Below are positions 8,692 through 18,387 of a stretch of 64,000 bases of DNA, piece after piece. Position 1 is the first letter of the stretch. The number at the start of each line of letters is the position of its first letter. Below the pieces are notes generated by a model. It was not told the DNA's origin. It did not search any database and was given only the letters and a program-made list of their open reading frames with translations. The position numbers and the translations under genes are program-made. This DNA comes from an uncultured Verrucomicrobiae bacterium (GTDB lineage: Bacteria > Verrucomicrobiota > Verrucomicrobiia > Limisphaerales > UBA11358). The DNA lies in NCBI GenBank assembly GCA_963738225.1, contig CAVTVR010000007.1, positions 48,018 to 112,017 on the forward strand, given 5' to 3'.

Positions 8692-10092
8692 ATGCCGAGC
8701 GTTTTTATAAAAACTTACGGTTGCCAGATGAACGAGCGCGACAGCGAGGCCGTCGCCGCGCAGCTCGTGACCAAGGGCTATTCGCTAGCTCCGTCCGAAG
8801 CTGCCGCCGACGTGGTGCTGCTCAACACATGCAGCGTGCGCGATTTTGCCGAGCAGAAGGCCATCAACAAAATGCGCAACATCGTCGGCGCCGCGCGCAA
8901 CCAGAAGCGCGACCAGATTGTCGGCTTCATGGGCTGCATGGCGCAAAGCCGCGGCAAGGAGCTGATTGATAAATTGCCGGACGTGGACTTGGTTCTCGGC
9001 ACGCAGAAATTTCATCGCGCGGCGGAATACATTGATGAACTGCTCGCCGGCCAGCGCAAAAAAATCGTGGACGTGGAGGCCGAGGCCAAAAGCGAGGCGA
9101 CCATTCGCGAACATCTGCTCAATGGCAGCGCCAAGACTTCCGTGTCCGCGTTCGTCAGCATCATGCAGGGCTGCAACCAGCACTGCACCTTCTGCATTGT
9201 GCCCAGCACGCGTGGCGAGGAACGCAGCCGCACCATTCCCGACATCGTCGCCGAATGCCGCGAACTCGTTTCGCGCGGCGTCAAGGAAATCACTTTGCTC
9301 GGCCAGATTGTGACGAGCTTCGGACGACGCGAGAAACGAGACGAGTGGCAAGTGGCGCGTGACGTGGCCGCCGCATCACGCATCACGCAACACGCATCAC
9401 AAAATTCGCCCTTCGTCCAACTGCTCGAAGCCGTTCACGAGATTGAAGGCTTGGAAAGAATCCGTTTCACCTCGCCGCATCCCAAAGGTTACGGCGATGA
9501 TTTGGTGGACGCCTACGCGTGCCTGCCGAAATTGTGCGAGAGCGCGCACATTCCGCTGCAAAGCGGCAGCGACCGTATTTTGAAATTGATGCACCGCGGC
9601 TACACGCGCGAAAAATTTCTCGGCATCGTGGAGAAGCTGCGCAAGGCAAAACCGGAAATGGGCGTTTACACGGACATCATCGTCGGCTTTCCGGGCGAAA
9701 CCGAAGAGGATTTTGAAATGACGCTCTCGCTCTGCCGTGAAGTGCAGTTCGACAATGCCTACATTTTCAAATACTCGCCGCGCCGCGACACGCCCGCCGC
9801 CGAAATGCCCGACCAAGTGCCGCAGGCCATCTGCGAGGAGCGCAATGAGCGGCTGCTGAACCTCGTCAACGAAATCGCCGCGCGCAAATACGACGCCTTC
9901 ATCGGGCGGCAGGTGGAGATTTTGGTGGAAGGACCGAGCAGGAAAAATCCCGCGCGCTACACTGGACGCACGCGCTGCAACCGCATCGTGCTGTTCGACG
10001 GCAGTGCCCGTCATCAAGGGCAACTCATGGAAGTGAAGATCGAGCGCACCGGCTCCTTCACGCTCTACGGCGACCCGGCGGTGAATTTGTGA
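8692..10092 (+). CDS. miaB: tRNA-2-methylthio-N6-dimethylallyladenosine synthase
   Basis: Trimmed to ATG 8692 (MPSVFIKTYGCQMNERDSE). Radical-SAM motif GCNQHCTFCIVP and a TRAM-like C-terminus. Carries an extra segment encoded by a heptamer array (see 9329-9402). Confidence 0.92.
   Translation: MPSVFIKTYGCQMNERDSEAVAAQLVTKGYSLAPSEAAADVVLLNTCSVRDFAEQKAINKMRNIVGAARNQKRDQIVGFMGCMAQSRGKELIDKLPDVDLVLGTQKFHRAAEYIDELLAGQRKKIVDVEAEAKSEATIREHLLNGSAKTSVSAFVSIMQGCNQHCTFCIVPSTRGEERSRTIPDIVAECRELVSRGVKEITLLGQIVTSFGRREKRDEWQVARDVAAASRITQHASQNSPFVQLLEAVHEIEGLERIRFTSPHPKGYGDDLVDAYACLPKLCESAHIPLQSGSDRILKLMHRGYTREKFLGIVEKLRKAKPEMGVYTDIIVGFPGETEEDFEMTLSLCREVQFDNAYIFKYSPRRDTPAAEMPDQVPQAICEERNERLLNLVNEIAARKYDAFIGRQVEILVEGPSRKNPARYTGRTRCNRIVLFDGSARHQGQLMEVKIERTGSFTLYGDPAVNL
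9329..9402. repeat. intragenic heptamer array (ACGCATC units and partner) inside miaB
   Basis: CCGCATC ACGCATC ACGCAAC ACGCATC at 9371-9398, preceded by GAGTGGC AAGTGGC GCGTGAC. GCGTGACGTGG and CCGCATCACGC are near-complementary. Encodes ...EWQVARDVAAASRITQHASQNS... in frame. Confidence 0.6.
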
Positions 10093-10149
10093 TTGCTGTC
10101 GGGCGGAATACGCCAAATTCAAAAAGGAGTCATGCGACCGGCCAACCTG

Positions 10150-12222
10150 TCAGTTCGGAGGAATTGTTTTGATTGGCTGGGGCGGTGAAAGGTTCCACAC
10201 GCACTCGTCGCTCAAATTCCGGCCGTTGCGCTGTGCCGACGTGGAAATTTTATTTTCACCCGGCGCGAGCGCGAGATTTTTCCAGAGGAAAACGCCGTTC
10301 ACGCCGTCGCTGCGTTTGCCTTGCGAGACGCCGTTGAGGAACAACTCCGGCTCCGTCGCGTTGGAATAAATTTTCACGTCCGTCACCGCGTTGGTGCGTT
10401 CGGTGAAACGCCGGCTGGTGATATAAAGCACCGGCTCGTCGGACCAATTGGCCTTGTAAAAATAAAAGGCGTCCTTTTTCGTCTGGCGGTCGCGGGTGAC
10501 AAGCCCCTTGTCGTTCAGTCCGGGCTGACCGCCTTCGTGCCGGGTGTTGACGGCGAAATCAAACATGCACCACACGAACGATCCCCAGACAAACGGACGC
10601 TGTTTGATCGCCGCCCACGCCGCTTCGTGGACTTCCGCCTGCCATTCTTCAGGATGCCATTGGCCGCCCGGCTTGGGCTGATTGGGATTTTGCTCGTGCT
10701 GCGTCGTATTCGCGCCGGCGCCGTATTCGCTGACGCAAAAGCCGCCGTGCCGGCTGGAGTCGCGGCGGGCGTCCAGATCGCGGCCATAATTCTCCTTCGC
10801 CCCGCCATACCAGCCGGGATAAATGTTCCAGCCCAGCAGATCGGGAATTTTGTTCATCTGCGGACGCGCGTCCGTCATGGTGGCTTCAATCGTGGGCCGC
10901 GTCGGGTCTTCGCCGTGGGCCAGCGCGGCCAAATCCTGCAACTCGCGGTGCGGATCGTCGCTGCCGGAACCAATCTCGTTGCCGAGGCTCCAAACAAAAA
11001 TCGCCGGGTGATTTAGGCTTTGCCGGATCAGGTCGAGCAATTGGTTGCGCGAGGTGTTCTCAAATTCCGGCGTGTCGCGGATGATGTTGACCTGCGGAAT
11101 TTCCGCCCAGACGAGAATACCCGCGCGGTCGCACAGGCTGTAAAAGTAATCGCTGTGCTGGTAATGCGCGCAACGCACGACCGTCGCGCCAAGTTCTTTG
11201 AGCAGCGAAATGTCCTCGTCCATATTCGACTCGGAAATCGCCCAGCCCTCGTTCATATAATCCTGATGCCGGTCCACACCATGCAGAGAATATGGCTGGC
11301 CGTTCAGGAAAAATCCTTTGTCGGGATCAATCGAATAAAAGCGCAAACCCAGCGGCTGCCCGATCGAATCCACCACGTCATCCGCCGAACGCAATTCGAC
11401 AACGGCCTTGTAAAGATAAGGGTCTTTGCGTCCGTTCCACAAATGCGGCTGCGGCACGGTGACGCGCAGAAAATATGGCGCGGTGTCGCGCGGGGCGAGC
11501 GTGATGGCCTGCTCGCTGGTGGCGATGATTTTCCCGTCCGCATCCATGACGCTGGCGGCCAGCTTCAAAGAAGATTTCTTTTGGGTGCCATTGGAGATTT
11601 GTGCCGTCACATCCAGCACCGCCTGCGTTTCGGTCACGCTGGTCTGCGACCACACGACGCCGGGCGAGCCGTGATCCGTCAGCGAAATATTTTCCGCGTC
11701 CGTCACAATCAAATGCACCGGCCGATATAGCCCGCCATAAACGGAAAAATCTCCGGCCAGCGGCGCGATGTCCGGCGCTTTGGCGTTGTCCACGCGCACC
11801 GCGAGCAGGTTTGTGCCGGTGTCCGAAAGTGCTTTCGTGATTTCAAAACAAAACGCGCCGAAGCCGCCGCGATGTTGACCCAGCAGTTTGCCGTTCAAAT
11901 AAACATCGGCAATGAGGCTCGCCGCTTCGAACCGCAGGAAATATCTTTTGCCCGGCTGCGCGACGACCTCCAATTCGCGGCGATACCAGCCCGGCCCGCG
12001 ATAATAATTCTTGCCGGCCTGCGCTTCCTGCCAGCCCCAGTTGTGCGGCAACGAAACCGTTTCCCAACCGCTGTCGTCAAAGCCGCTTTTTTCCGCGTCT
12101 GGAACGTCAGCGAGTTTGAAATGCCAGCCTGCATCCAGACGCTGATTTTCCCGCGCGTGAATGTTGGCGGGCAGGCTCAAGGCAAAGAAAATACTGGTGG
12201 CCAGAAATAAAATGGGACGCAT
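10150..12222 (-). CDS. glycoside hydrolase family 2 (beta-galactosidase/beta-glucuronidase-like), secreted
   Basis: Signal peptide MRPILFLATSIFFALSLPANIHA. GH2 domain order with NHPAIFVWSLGNE (acid/base Glu segment). Confidence 0.85.
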   Translation of the reverse strand: MRPILFLATSIFFALSLPANIHARENQRLDAGWHFKLADVPDAEKSGFDDSGWETVSLPHNWGWQEAQAGKNYYRGPGWYRRELEVVAQPGKRYFLRFEAASLIADVYLNGKLLGQHRGGFGAFCFEITKALSDTGTNLLAVRVDNAKAPDIAPLAGDFSVYGGLYRPVHLIVTDAENISLTDHGSPGVVWSQTSVTETQAVLDVTAQISNGTQKKSSLKLAASVMDADGKIIATSEQAITLAPRDTAPYFLRVTVPQPHLWNGRKDPYLYKAVVELRSADDVVDSIGQPLGLRFYSIDPDKGFFLNGQPYSLHGVDRHQDYMNEGWAISESNMDEDISLLKELGATVVRCAHYQHSDYFYSLCDRAGILVWAEIPQVNIIRDTPEFENTSRNQLLDLIRQSLNHPAIFVWSLGNEIGSGSDDPHRELQDLAALAHGEDPTRPTIEATMTDARPQMNKIPDLLGWNIYPGWYGGAKENYGRDLDARRDSSRHGGFCVSEYGAGANTTQHEQNPNQPKPGGQWHPEEWQAEVHEAAWAAIKQRPFVWGSFVWCMFDFAVNTRHEGGQPGLNDKGLVTRDRQTKKDAFYFYKANWSDEPVLYITSRRFTERTNAVTDVKIYSNATEPELFLNGVSQGKRSDGVNGVFLWKNLALAPGENKISTSAQRNGRNLSDECVWNLSPPQPIKTIPPN

Positions 12223-12392
12223 GATTCAAATTGGGAGTTGTTTTTGAACGAAGCAAGTCAAAGTTTAAATGAATTTGCGCGTTCGAACCGGCAGATCAAT
12301 GATCATTTGTTCAATGGTCGAACTTGACCCGGGAGTTTGGGTGGTGTCATTATTGCGCCGATTCCAGAGCATAACCCAAACTAAATTGTTCC

Positions 12393-12989
12393 ATGAACGA
12401 AACCGCGACGACTCAACTCAAAGACACCACCGCCAACCCCGCGCCGCTCGGCCTGCTCGGATTCGGCATGACGACCGTGCTGCTGAACCTGCACAACGCG
12501 GGATTTTTTGAACTCAACAGCATGATCCTGGCGATGGGCCTCTGCTACGGCGGGATCGCGCAGGTCATCGCGGGCATCATGGAATGGAAGAAAGGCAACA
12601 CCTTCGCCGCCACGGCATTCGTTTCATACGGATTCTTCTGGCTTTCATTTGTGACCATGGTGTTGCTGCCCAAAATCATTTCCACCGTTGTCCCGGCCAA
12701 TGAAACGGCGGTGGCCACTTATCTCGCCATGTGGGGGCTTTTTACCGCCGCAATGTTCCTTGGCACTTTCCGCCTGAACCGTGCGCTGATGGTTGTTTTT
12801 GGCACGCTGACAATTTTGTTTTTCCTGCTTGCCCTTGGTGATTTCACCGGTGCCAGCGCGGCTTTCAAACACGCCACCGGCTACGAAGGCATCGTCTGCG
12901 GTTTGGCCGCGATTTACACCGGCCTCGCGCAAGTGTTGAATGAACTTTTTGGGAAAATCGTGCTGCCGCTCGGCGCGGTCAAAAAATAA
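12393..12989 (+). CDS. GPR1/FUN34/YaaH-family acetate(succinate) channel
   Basis: Signature [23 protein letters not shown] and six hydrophobic segments in 198 aa. Confidence 0.85.
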   Translation: MNETATTQLKDTTANPAPLGLLGFGMTTVLLNLHNAGFFELNSMILAMGLCYGGIAQVIAGIMEWKKGNTFAATAFVSYGFFWLSFVTMVLLPKIISTVVPANETAVATYLAMWGLFTAAMFLGTFRLNRALMVVFGTLTILFFLLALGDFTGASAAFKHATGYEGIVCGLAAIYTGLAQVLNELFGKIVLPLGAVKK

Positions 12990-13003
12990 TTGCCGGCAAA
13001 GCC

Positions 13004-13336
13004 TCAACCGATGCCGAGCAACTCCACTTCAAAAATCAGCGTGCTGTTCGGTGGAATCGCGCCCGGATAACCATCGCGACCATAGGCGAGTTCCGGAGGA
13101 ATGATCAGCTTCACCTTGTCGCCAACTTTCATCCGCGCCACGCCGAGATCCCAGCCGGCAATGACTTCGCCCGCGCCGAGCTTGAAGCTGAACGGCTCAT
13201 CGCGATCCACCGAGCTGTCGAACTTTTTGCCGTCGGTGAACATGCCGGTGTAATGCACGGTCACGGTGTCGCCATTTTGTGGAGCTTTGCCGTTGCCGTC
13301 CGTGAGTTTCTCGATCTTCAATTCAGGTTTTGCCAT
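13004..13336 (-). CDS. FKBP-type peptidyl-prolyl cis-trans isomerase
   Basis: Trimmed to ATG 13336 ([11 protein letters not shown]...). FKBP core [39 protein letters not shown]...[12 protein letters not shown]. Confidence 0.88.
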   Translation of the reverse strand: MAKPELKIEKLTDGNGKAPQNGDTVTVHYTGMFTDGKKFDSSVDRDEPFSFKLGAGEVIAGWDLGVARMKVGDKVKLIIPPELAYGRDGYPGAIPPNSTLIFEVELLGIG

Positions 13337-13420
13337 GCCGGATTTTTGCCGCTGCCGCAACGGGCGTCAAACAAACCTTTTTATGTCGCGCGAAGGACGC
13401 GAAAACGGCGAAGGATCCGG

Positions 13421-13455
13421 AAATAAAAAAAGGCGCGCAGCCGGAACTGCGCGCC
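13421..13455 (-). terminator. rho-independent terminator downstream of gnd
   Basis: On the minus strand: GGCGCGCAG-ttccgg-CTGCGCGCC followed by TTTTTTATTT, about 75 nt after the gnd stop. Confidence 0.55.
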
Positions 13456-13529
13456 TGGAGCCATCGGCAGGGCAGGGCGGCGGTGCTGCGCCGCCGCCAT
13501 TCGGCTGACCAGCAGGTCAGCCCTACCAG

Positions 13530-14996
13530 TTACACGTTGTAAGTGCTGCTGGCGATGGTGCCGCCGCGGCCGGTCCAGTTGGTGTGGAAAAATTCGCCGC
13601 GCGGCTTGTCCACGCGCTCATAAGTGTGCGCGCCGAAATAATCGCGTTGCGCCTGAAGCAGGTTCGCCGGCAACACGGCAGAACGATATTGATCGAAGAA
13701 GTTCAACGCCGTGCTGAACGCCGGAGTGGGAATGCCTTTCTTCGCCGCCGTGGCCACGATGTTGCGCCAGCCTTTTTGCGAGCGCTTGATTTCGCCACGA
13801 AAATAATCGTCCAGCATCAAGTTCATCAGCTTCGGATTGTTGTCATACGCCGTCTTGATTTTGCCGAGGAAGCGCGAGCGGATGATGCAGCCGCCGCGCC
13901 ACATCAGCGCGATGCCGCCGTAATTCAAGTTCCAGCCGTATTCCTTGGCCGCCGCGCGCATGAGCATGTAACCCTGCGCGTAGCTGACAATTTTCGAGGC
14001 GTAAAGCGCGTCGCGGATGTCGCCGATGAACTGTTTTTTCTTTTCCGGATTCGCGGCGATGCTCGTGAGGGCGGGGCGCGGGCCTTTCAATTTCCTCGCC
14101 GCCTTCACGCGTTCGTCTTTCAACGCGGAAACGCAGCGCGAATAAACGGCTTCGGCCATCAGCGTGATCGGGATGCCGAGTTCCTGCGAATTTATGACCG
14201 TCCATTTGCCGGTGCCTTTCTGCCCGGCGGTGTCGAGAATCTTGTCCACCAGCGGCGAACCATCTGCATCCTTGTGCGCGAGAATGTCGCGGCTGATTTC
14301 AATGAGGTAGCTGTCCAGTTCGCCTGTGTTCCATTCGGCGAAAACCTGGTGCATCTCGTCGGCGCTCAGGCCGAGTCCGTTTTTCAAGATGTTATACGCT
14401 TCGCAAATCAACTGCATGTCGCCGTATTCGATGCCGTTGTGAACCATCTTCACGTAATGACCGGCGCCGGCTTCGCCGACCCAGTCGCAGCACGGCGTGC
14501 CGTCCTCCACCTTGGCGGCGACGGCCTGGAAAATATCCTTCACATGCGGCCATGCGGCGGGCGAACCGCCGGGCATGATGCTGGGACCGTGGCGCGCGCC
14601 TTCCTCGCCGCCGCTCACGCCGGTGCCGACGTAGAGCAGGCCCTTGCTCTCAACGTATTTCGTGCGGCGGTTCGTGTCCTCGAATAACGAGTTGCCGCCG
14701 TCAATGATGATGTCGCCCGGTTTCAGCGCGGGAATAAGCTGCTCGATGAAATCGTCCACCGGCTTGCCGGCCTTGACGAGCATCATCACGCGGCGCGGAG
14801 ACTTGAGCTTGGAAACCATTTCCTCAATCGAATGCGCGCCGAGGACTTTTGTTCCTTTCGCCTCGTTCGCGAGAAAATGATCCACCTTTTCGGTGGTGCG
14901 GTTGTAGGCGACGACGGTAAAACCGTGGTCGTTCATGTTCAAAATCAAATTCTGGCCCATGACGGCCAGGCCGATGAGTGCGATGTCAGCTTCCAT
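13530..14996 (-). CDS. gnd: 6-phosphogluconate dehydrogenase, decarboxylating
   Basis: 488 aa. NADP-binding N-terminus IGLAVMGQNLILNM and GHYVKMVHNGIEYGDMQLI. Full-length match to the decarboxylating 6PGDH pattern. Confidence 0.95.
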   Translation of the reverse strand: MEADIALIGLAVMGQNLILNMNDHGFTVVAYNRTTEKVDHFLANEAKGTKVLGAHSIEEMVSKLKSPRRVMMLVKAGKPVDDFIEQLIPALKPGDIIIDGGNSLFEDTNRRTKYVESKGLLYVGTGVSGGEEGARHGPSIMPGGSPAAWPHVKDIFQAVAAKVEDGTPCCDWVGEAGAGHYVKMVHNGIEYGDMQLICEAYNILKNGLGLSADEMHQVFAEWNTGELDSYLIEISRDILAHKDADGSPLVDKILDTAGQKGTGKWTVINSQELGIPITLMAEAVYSRCVSALKDERVKAARKLKGPRPALTSIAANPEKKKQFIGDIRDALYASKIVSYAQGYMLMRAAAKEYGWNLNYGGIALMWRGGCIIRSRFLGKIKTAYDNNPKLMNLMLDDYFRGEIKRSQKGWRNIVATAAKKGIPTPAFSTALNFFDQYRSAVLPANLLQAQRDYFGAHTYERVDKPRGEFFHTNWTGRGGTIASSTYNV

Positions 14997-14999
14997 AAG

Positions 15000-15134
15000 A
15001 TTTACGATATTCGATTTACGATTTACGATGCACGCGATGTCCGCGCGGTTTTGGCCGATGCGACCACGATGGGGAAAATTTCATTTCCTCGCGAATCATA
15101 AAAGCGCGTAAATCGTAAATCGTAAATCGTAAAT
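15000..15134. repeat. hairpin element with heptamer arms (ATTTACG x5 / CGTAAAT x4)
   Basis: Left arm 15000-15034 (ATTTACG ATATTCG ATTTACG ATTTACG ATGCACG). Right arm 15107-15134 (CGTAAAT x4, exact reverse complement unit). 72-nt loop. Lies between the hypothetical gene and gnd. Confidence 0.8.
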
Positions 15135-15146
15135 TTGAAAGCTGTT

Positions 15147-15653
15147 TTAACTGTGGTTGCCCAGCTGCAGCCGCGCGTCGGATTCGAGCAGCGTTTTGAG
15201 GTTTGCCCAGCCGGCGGTGTTCATGTCGTTGAACGCGTTCAGATACACCGCCACGACTTCGTGCGGATATTTGGCGAGCAAAATTTCAATCGCGGCTTTC
15301 AACTTCGCGTCATCCATTGCGGACGGCAAATCCTCGACCACGCCGTTTTCGTTTTTGATTTCCAGCGCGTTCAGAAAATCCACCAGCATCGCGGCGTGTT
15401 TTTTCACCAGCCAGGCGCGGATGAAGGCGGCGGCGGCGGCATCGAGATTGGGCTTGGTCAGCGCCGAGAGCATCGTGACATGGCGCTCGGCGCGCGGCTG
15501 GCGTTCGAGAAAAATCGGGCGGACGTGCTTGGCTTCGGCGACGGCGGCAAGCGTGGCTTTGTAGGCCGGCTTGTCCGACTCGAAAGTGAAGGATAAAATG
15601 TCATTCGCCAGCGCGGGCGACATGAAACCGAGAAGTTCGTGCGAGGTGAGCAT
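15147..15653 (-). CDS. hypothetical protein
   Basis: 168-aa ORF with ATG start and ordinary composition, 36 nt downstream of lpxI on the same strand. No motif I recognise. Confidence 0.55.
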   Translation of the reverse strand: MLTSHELLGFMSPALANDILSFTFESDKPAYKATLAAVAEAKHVRPIFLERQPRAERHVTMLSALTKPNLDAAAAAFIRAWLVKKHAAMLVDFLNALEIKNENGVVEDLPSAMDDAKLKAAIEILLAKYPHEVVAVYLNAFNDMNTAGWANLKTLLESDARLQLGNHS

Positions 15654-15689
15654 CGGAAAAGTTGATGGGGATTAGTTGATGGTTGATCG

Positions 15690-16511
15690 TTAAGAAATGG
15701 TTGTGACGGAAATTTTATTTTTCCGGGCGAGTTCCTCGCAGGCTTCGCGTTCGAGCAGGAGCGATTTGCCGGATTCGATGGCGAGCACGGAAATTTTGGC
15801 CGTCGCGCAGGTCGCCAAAGTTTGCGCGCCAAGGCAGGGGACATCGAATCGCATGTCGTGATTCAGCTTGGCCACTTTCACGGCCACCGCGCCGCCGTCC
15901 TTGCCGGCGAGTTCGCCGCCGCGCGCGAGACATTTGTCCGTGCCTTCAAATCCCTCGACGGCCAGCACCGTGCCGTTTTTCACGACCACGAGCTGTCCGA
16001 TTTCCAGGCGCGAAGTTTCTTTGGCGATGCGGAAACCAAATGCCACATCCGCCGTTTGCGCTTCCGAAAGTTTCGGGCCGAGCGCAAATCCAGTCTGTGG
16101 CATCAGCGGCGCGAGCCACGGCGTCGCCTCGATAAGTTCCACGCCGTCCTTTTTCAATTCGTCCGCGATCGCGCCGAAAATCGTGTGCGCATTTTTTTCC
16201 TCGAGCCGCATGAAGACGCCCATCGCGCGCAGGTCAGGGCGGAAATCAAAAAGATTCTTGGGCGCAATCTGGCCGAGCATGACGCATTGCTTCACGCCGC
16301 GGCTGGTGAACGTGGCGATCATTTTTCCAAGCTGGCCGACCTTGAGCCATACGATGTCATCCACGAGCTGCGCGAGCGCGGGATCGGTCTCGCCTTCGGC
16401 GGCGGCGGCGACGAGGCGTTTCACGCCGGCGGCGCGGGCCAGCCGCGCGAATTCCAGCGGCAGCGTGCGGCTGCCGGCGATCAGGCCGATGGATTCAGGC
16501 GCAAGATTCAT
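15690..16511 (-). CDS. lpxI: UDP-2,3-diacylglucosamine diphosphatase LpxI (DUF1009)
   Basis: IGLIAGSRTLPLEFA N-terminus and GTDKCLARGGEL...DMRFDVPCLG C-domain pattern. Directly downstream of lpxB. Confidence 0.83.
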   Translation of the reverse strand: MNLAPESIGLIAGSRTLPLEFARLARAAGVKRLVAAAAEGETDPALAQLVDDIVWLKVGQLGKMIATFTSRGVKQCVMLGQIAPKNLFDFRPDLRAMGVFMRLEEKNAHTIFGAIADELKKDGVELIEATPWLAPLMPQTGFALGPKLSEAQTADVAFGFRIAKETSRLEIGQLVVVKNGTVLAVEGFEGTDKCLARGGELAGKDGGAVAVKVAKLNHDMRFDVPCLGAQTLATCATAKISVLAIESGKSLLLEREACEELARKNKISVTTIS

Positions 16512-16614
16512 GCGAATCGGAACGAGGATTTTAGCGGTTCACGCGCGGGAAGCCAGCCGGGAATTTGCGTGTGTCGCAGCCAAGCCGGCGCTGCGTGACT
16601 GGTTGAAAACCGGT

Positions 16615-17799
16615 TCACAAACTCAAAATCGCTGCTGCCGCCCGTTCCGGCGCGCCGGGTTCGCCCAGCGAGGAAATAATTTTGGCGAGCTGCGCCTTGA
16701 TTTTTGCTCGGCGCGATTCGTCCTGCAACAATTCCAGCACGGCGCGCGAAAGATTTTCCGGCGTCGCGTCACGCTGGATGAATTCGGGATAAACCGTTTC
16801 ATCCGCGAGCAGGTTTGGCATCGTCAGCGATTTCACCGTCACGATGCGCCGGGCGATCTGATAAGTGAGCCACGATGTTTTGTAGAGCGTCACCGTCGGC
16901 ACGCCGAAAAACGCGCACTCCATCGTCACCGTGCCCGTCGAGGCGATGGCCACATCCGATTCCGCCAACGCCCACGGTAATTCACCGATCTGAATTTCCA
17001 CGTCTGCTTGGAGCGCGGACGACCTGTCCGCGAGTTCCTTCAAACCTAAATTCGGCAAAACCATTTTCGCCTTCGCCGCCGGTAGTTTTTCCTGAATCAA
17101 CTTTACCGCCGCAAGCATCACCGGCAAATGCCGCTGCAACTCGTTCTTGCGGCTGCCGGGCAGCAGAAGAATTTGCGATTGACGATTGACGATTGACGCG
17201 CCGCCAGCCAATTCGCGCGCAAATCGTAAATCGTCATTCGTAAATCTTCCCATCATCGGATGGCCGACAAATTCCACGCGCAACTGCGGCACGCGCCTGG
17301 CATACCAGTCCTTCTCGAACGGGAAAATGCTCAACAGCAAATCATAATCCGCCGCCAGCCGGTCCGCGCGGCCCGGACGCGACGCCCAGACTTGCGGCGA
17401 GACGAACTGGACGATCTTTGGCTCCCATTTCGAGAATGGATTATCGCGGACGTATTTCTTGACCGCCTGGCCGAAGCGCAGGTTGAACCCGCCGTAATCC
17501 ACGCCGATAACCACGTCCGGCTTGCGCTCAATCGCCAGTGCGAGCAGTTGATTGAAGAGCCGCCGGAATTTCAAAATGTTTTTCAGCACGTCCGTGATGC
17601 CGATGACCGAGTGCTGTGTCAGGTCGAAGGCCAGTTCCACGCCGGCGGCAGACATCTTCGCGCCGCCCGCGCCGAAGAAGACGGGCGAGGATGGCGGATT
17701 GAGGATGGAAGATTGGGCGCGCAGCGCGGCCACCAGTTCCGCCGCGAGCAAATCCCCGCTCGCCTCGCCGGCGATGAGCATGAAGGTTTTCGGTTTCAT
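16615..17799 (-). CDS. lpxB: lipid-A-disaccharide synthase
   Basis: MLIAGEASGDLLAAELV N-terminus, LLLPGSR and GTVTMECAFFGVPTV motifs. Contains an in-frame heptamer-array insert (17171-17245). Confidence 0.92.
   Translation of the reverse strand: MKPKTFMLIAGEASGDLLAAELVAALRAQSSILNPPSSPVFFGAGGAKMSAAGVELAFDLTQHSVIGITDVLKNILKFRRLFNQLLALAIERKPDVVIGVDYGGFNLRFGQAVKKYVRDNPFSKWEPKIVQFVSPQVWASRPGRADRLAADYDLLLSIFPFEKDWYARRVPQLRVEFVGHPMMGRFTNDDLRFARELAGGASIVNRQSQILLLPGSRKNELQRHLPVMLAAVKLIQEKLPAAKAKMVLPNLGLKELADRSSALQADVEIQIGELPWALAESDVAIASTGTVTMECAFFGVPTVTLYKTSWLTYQIARRIVTVKSLTMPNLLADETVYPEFIQRDATPENLSRAVLELLQDESRRAKIKAQLAKIISSLGEPGAPERAAAAILSL
17171..17245. repeat. intragenic hairpin with heptamer arms inside lpxB
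   Basis: ATTTGCG ATTGACG x3 (17171-17198), a 19-nt loop, then CGCAAAT CGTAAAT CGTCATT CGTAAAT (17218-17245). 75 nt, which is 25 codons. Same unit family as 15000-15134. Encodes ...FTNDDLRFARELAGGASIVNRQSQ... Confidence 0.8.
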
Positions 17800-17812
17800 C
17801 CGTTTGTAAATT

Positions 17813-17912
17813 TAGCCACGGAGTGGCGCACGATAATAGCCCACGGCGTCAGCCGTGGGAAGGCGTTGGCAAAACGATTCAAGTCCCGGCAGGGGCGAAA
17901 GAAAATTCATTC
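17813..17912. repeat. structured REP-like repeat, copy 1 (flanks the RAYT gene)
   Basis: TAGCCACGGAGTGGCG...AGCCCACGGcgtcagCCGTGGGAA...AACGATTCAAGtCCCGGcaGGGGCG. Contains several short stem-loops. About 80% identical to the copy at 18388-18488 in the same orientation. Confidence 0.75.
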
Positions 17913-18359
17913 CCACAAAAACCTTTCGTCATATTCAATTTCATGTTTTTTGAGAAACGCCACAAATTCTTCCTGAAACGAAACCTTGCGATGATGTTCC
18001 TCCTGATGGGCAACGTATTTCTCCACCTCGGCCAAAGCTGAATGGCTCACGCTGAATGCGCCATAACCGATTTGCCATGCGAACGATTTTTGATTTGGGA
18101 AATTTTTATGAATCCAGCCGGATGAATCCGCCTTCAACTCGCGCATCAAATCGGACAATGAATGTTTCGCCGCGAGCGATGCCAGAATGTGAACATGATC
18201 CGCCGGGCCGTTGATGATGAGCGCCTTTCCGTCGTGCGCGCGGATGATGCCGCCGAGATAGGGAAACAGGCGCGATTTCAAATCCGCGTCGAGCAATGGC
18301 CGCCGGTCTTTCGTGCTGAAAATGATGTGCGTCAGCAAATGGGTGAAGGTGTGCGCCAT
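17907..18359 (-). CDS. REP-associated tyrosine transposase (IS200/IS605 TnpA Y1-like, RAYT)
   Basis: 150 aa with HUH motif (PADHVHIL) and a downstream Tyr region (QIGYGAFSVS). No second IS gene. Bracketed by the two REP-like copies. Confidence 0.8.
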   Translation of the reverse strand: MAHTFTHLLTHIIFSTKDRRPLLDADLKSRLFPYLGGIIRAHDGKALIINGPADHVHILASLAAKHSLSDLMRELKADSSGWIHKNFPNQKSFAWQIGYGAFSVSHSALAEVEKYVAHQEEHHRKVSFQEEFVAFLKKHEIEYDERFLWE

Positions 18360-18387
18360 AAAATTAATTGTGAGGCGGGTTTTGTGT

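Noticed and set aside
15822-16980. + strand ORFs of 258 and 370 aa.
   Set aside because: They are antisense to lpxI and lpxB, both of which have clear family motifs. The composition is typical of shadow ORFs in GC-rich DNA.
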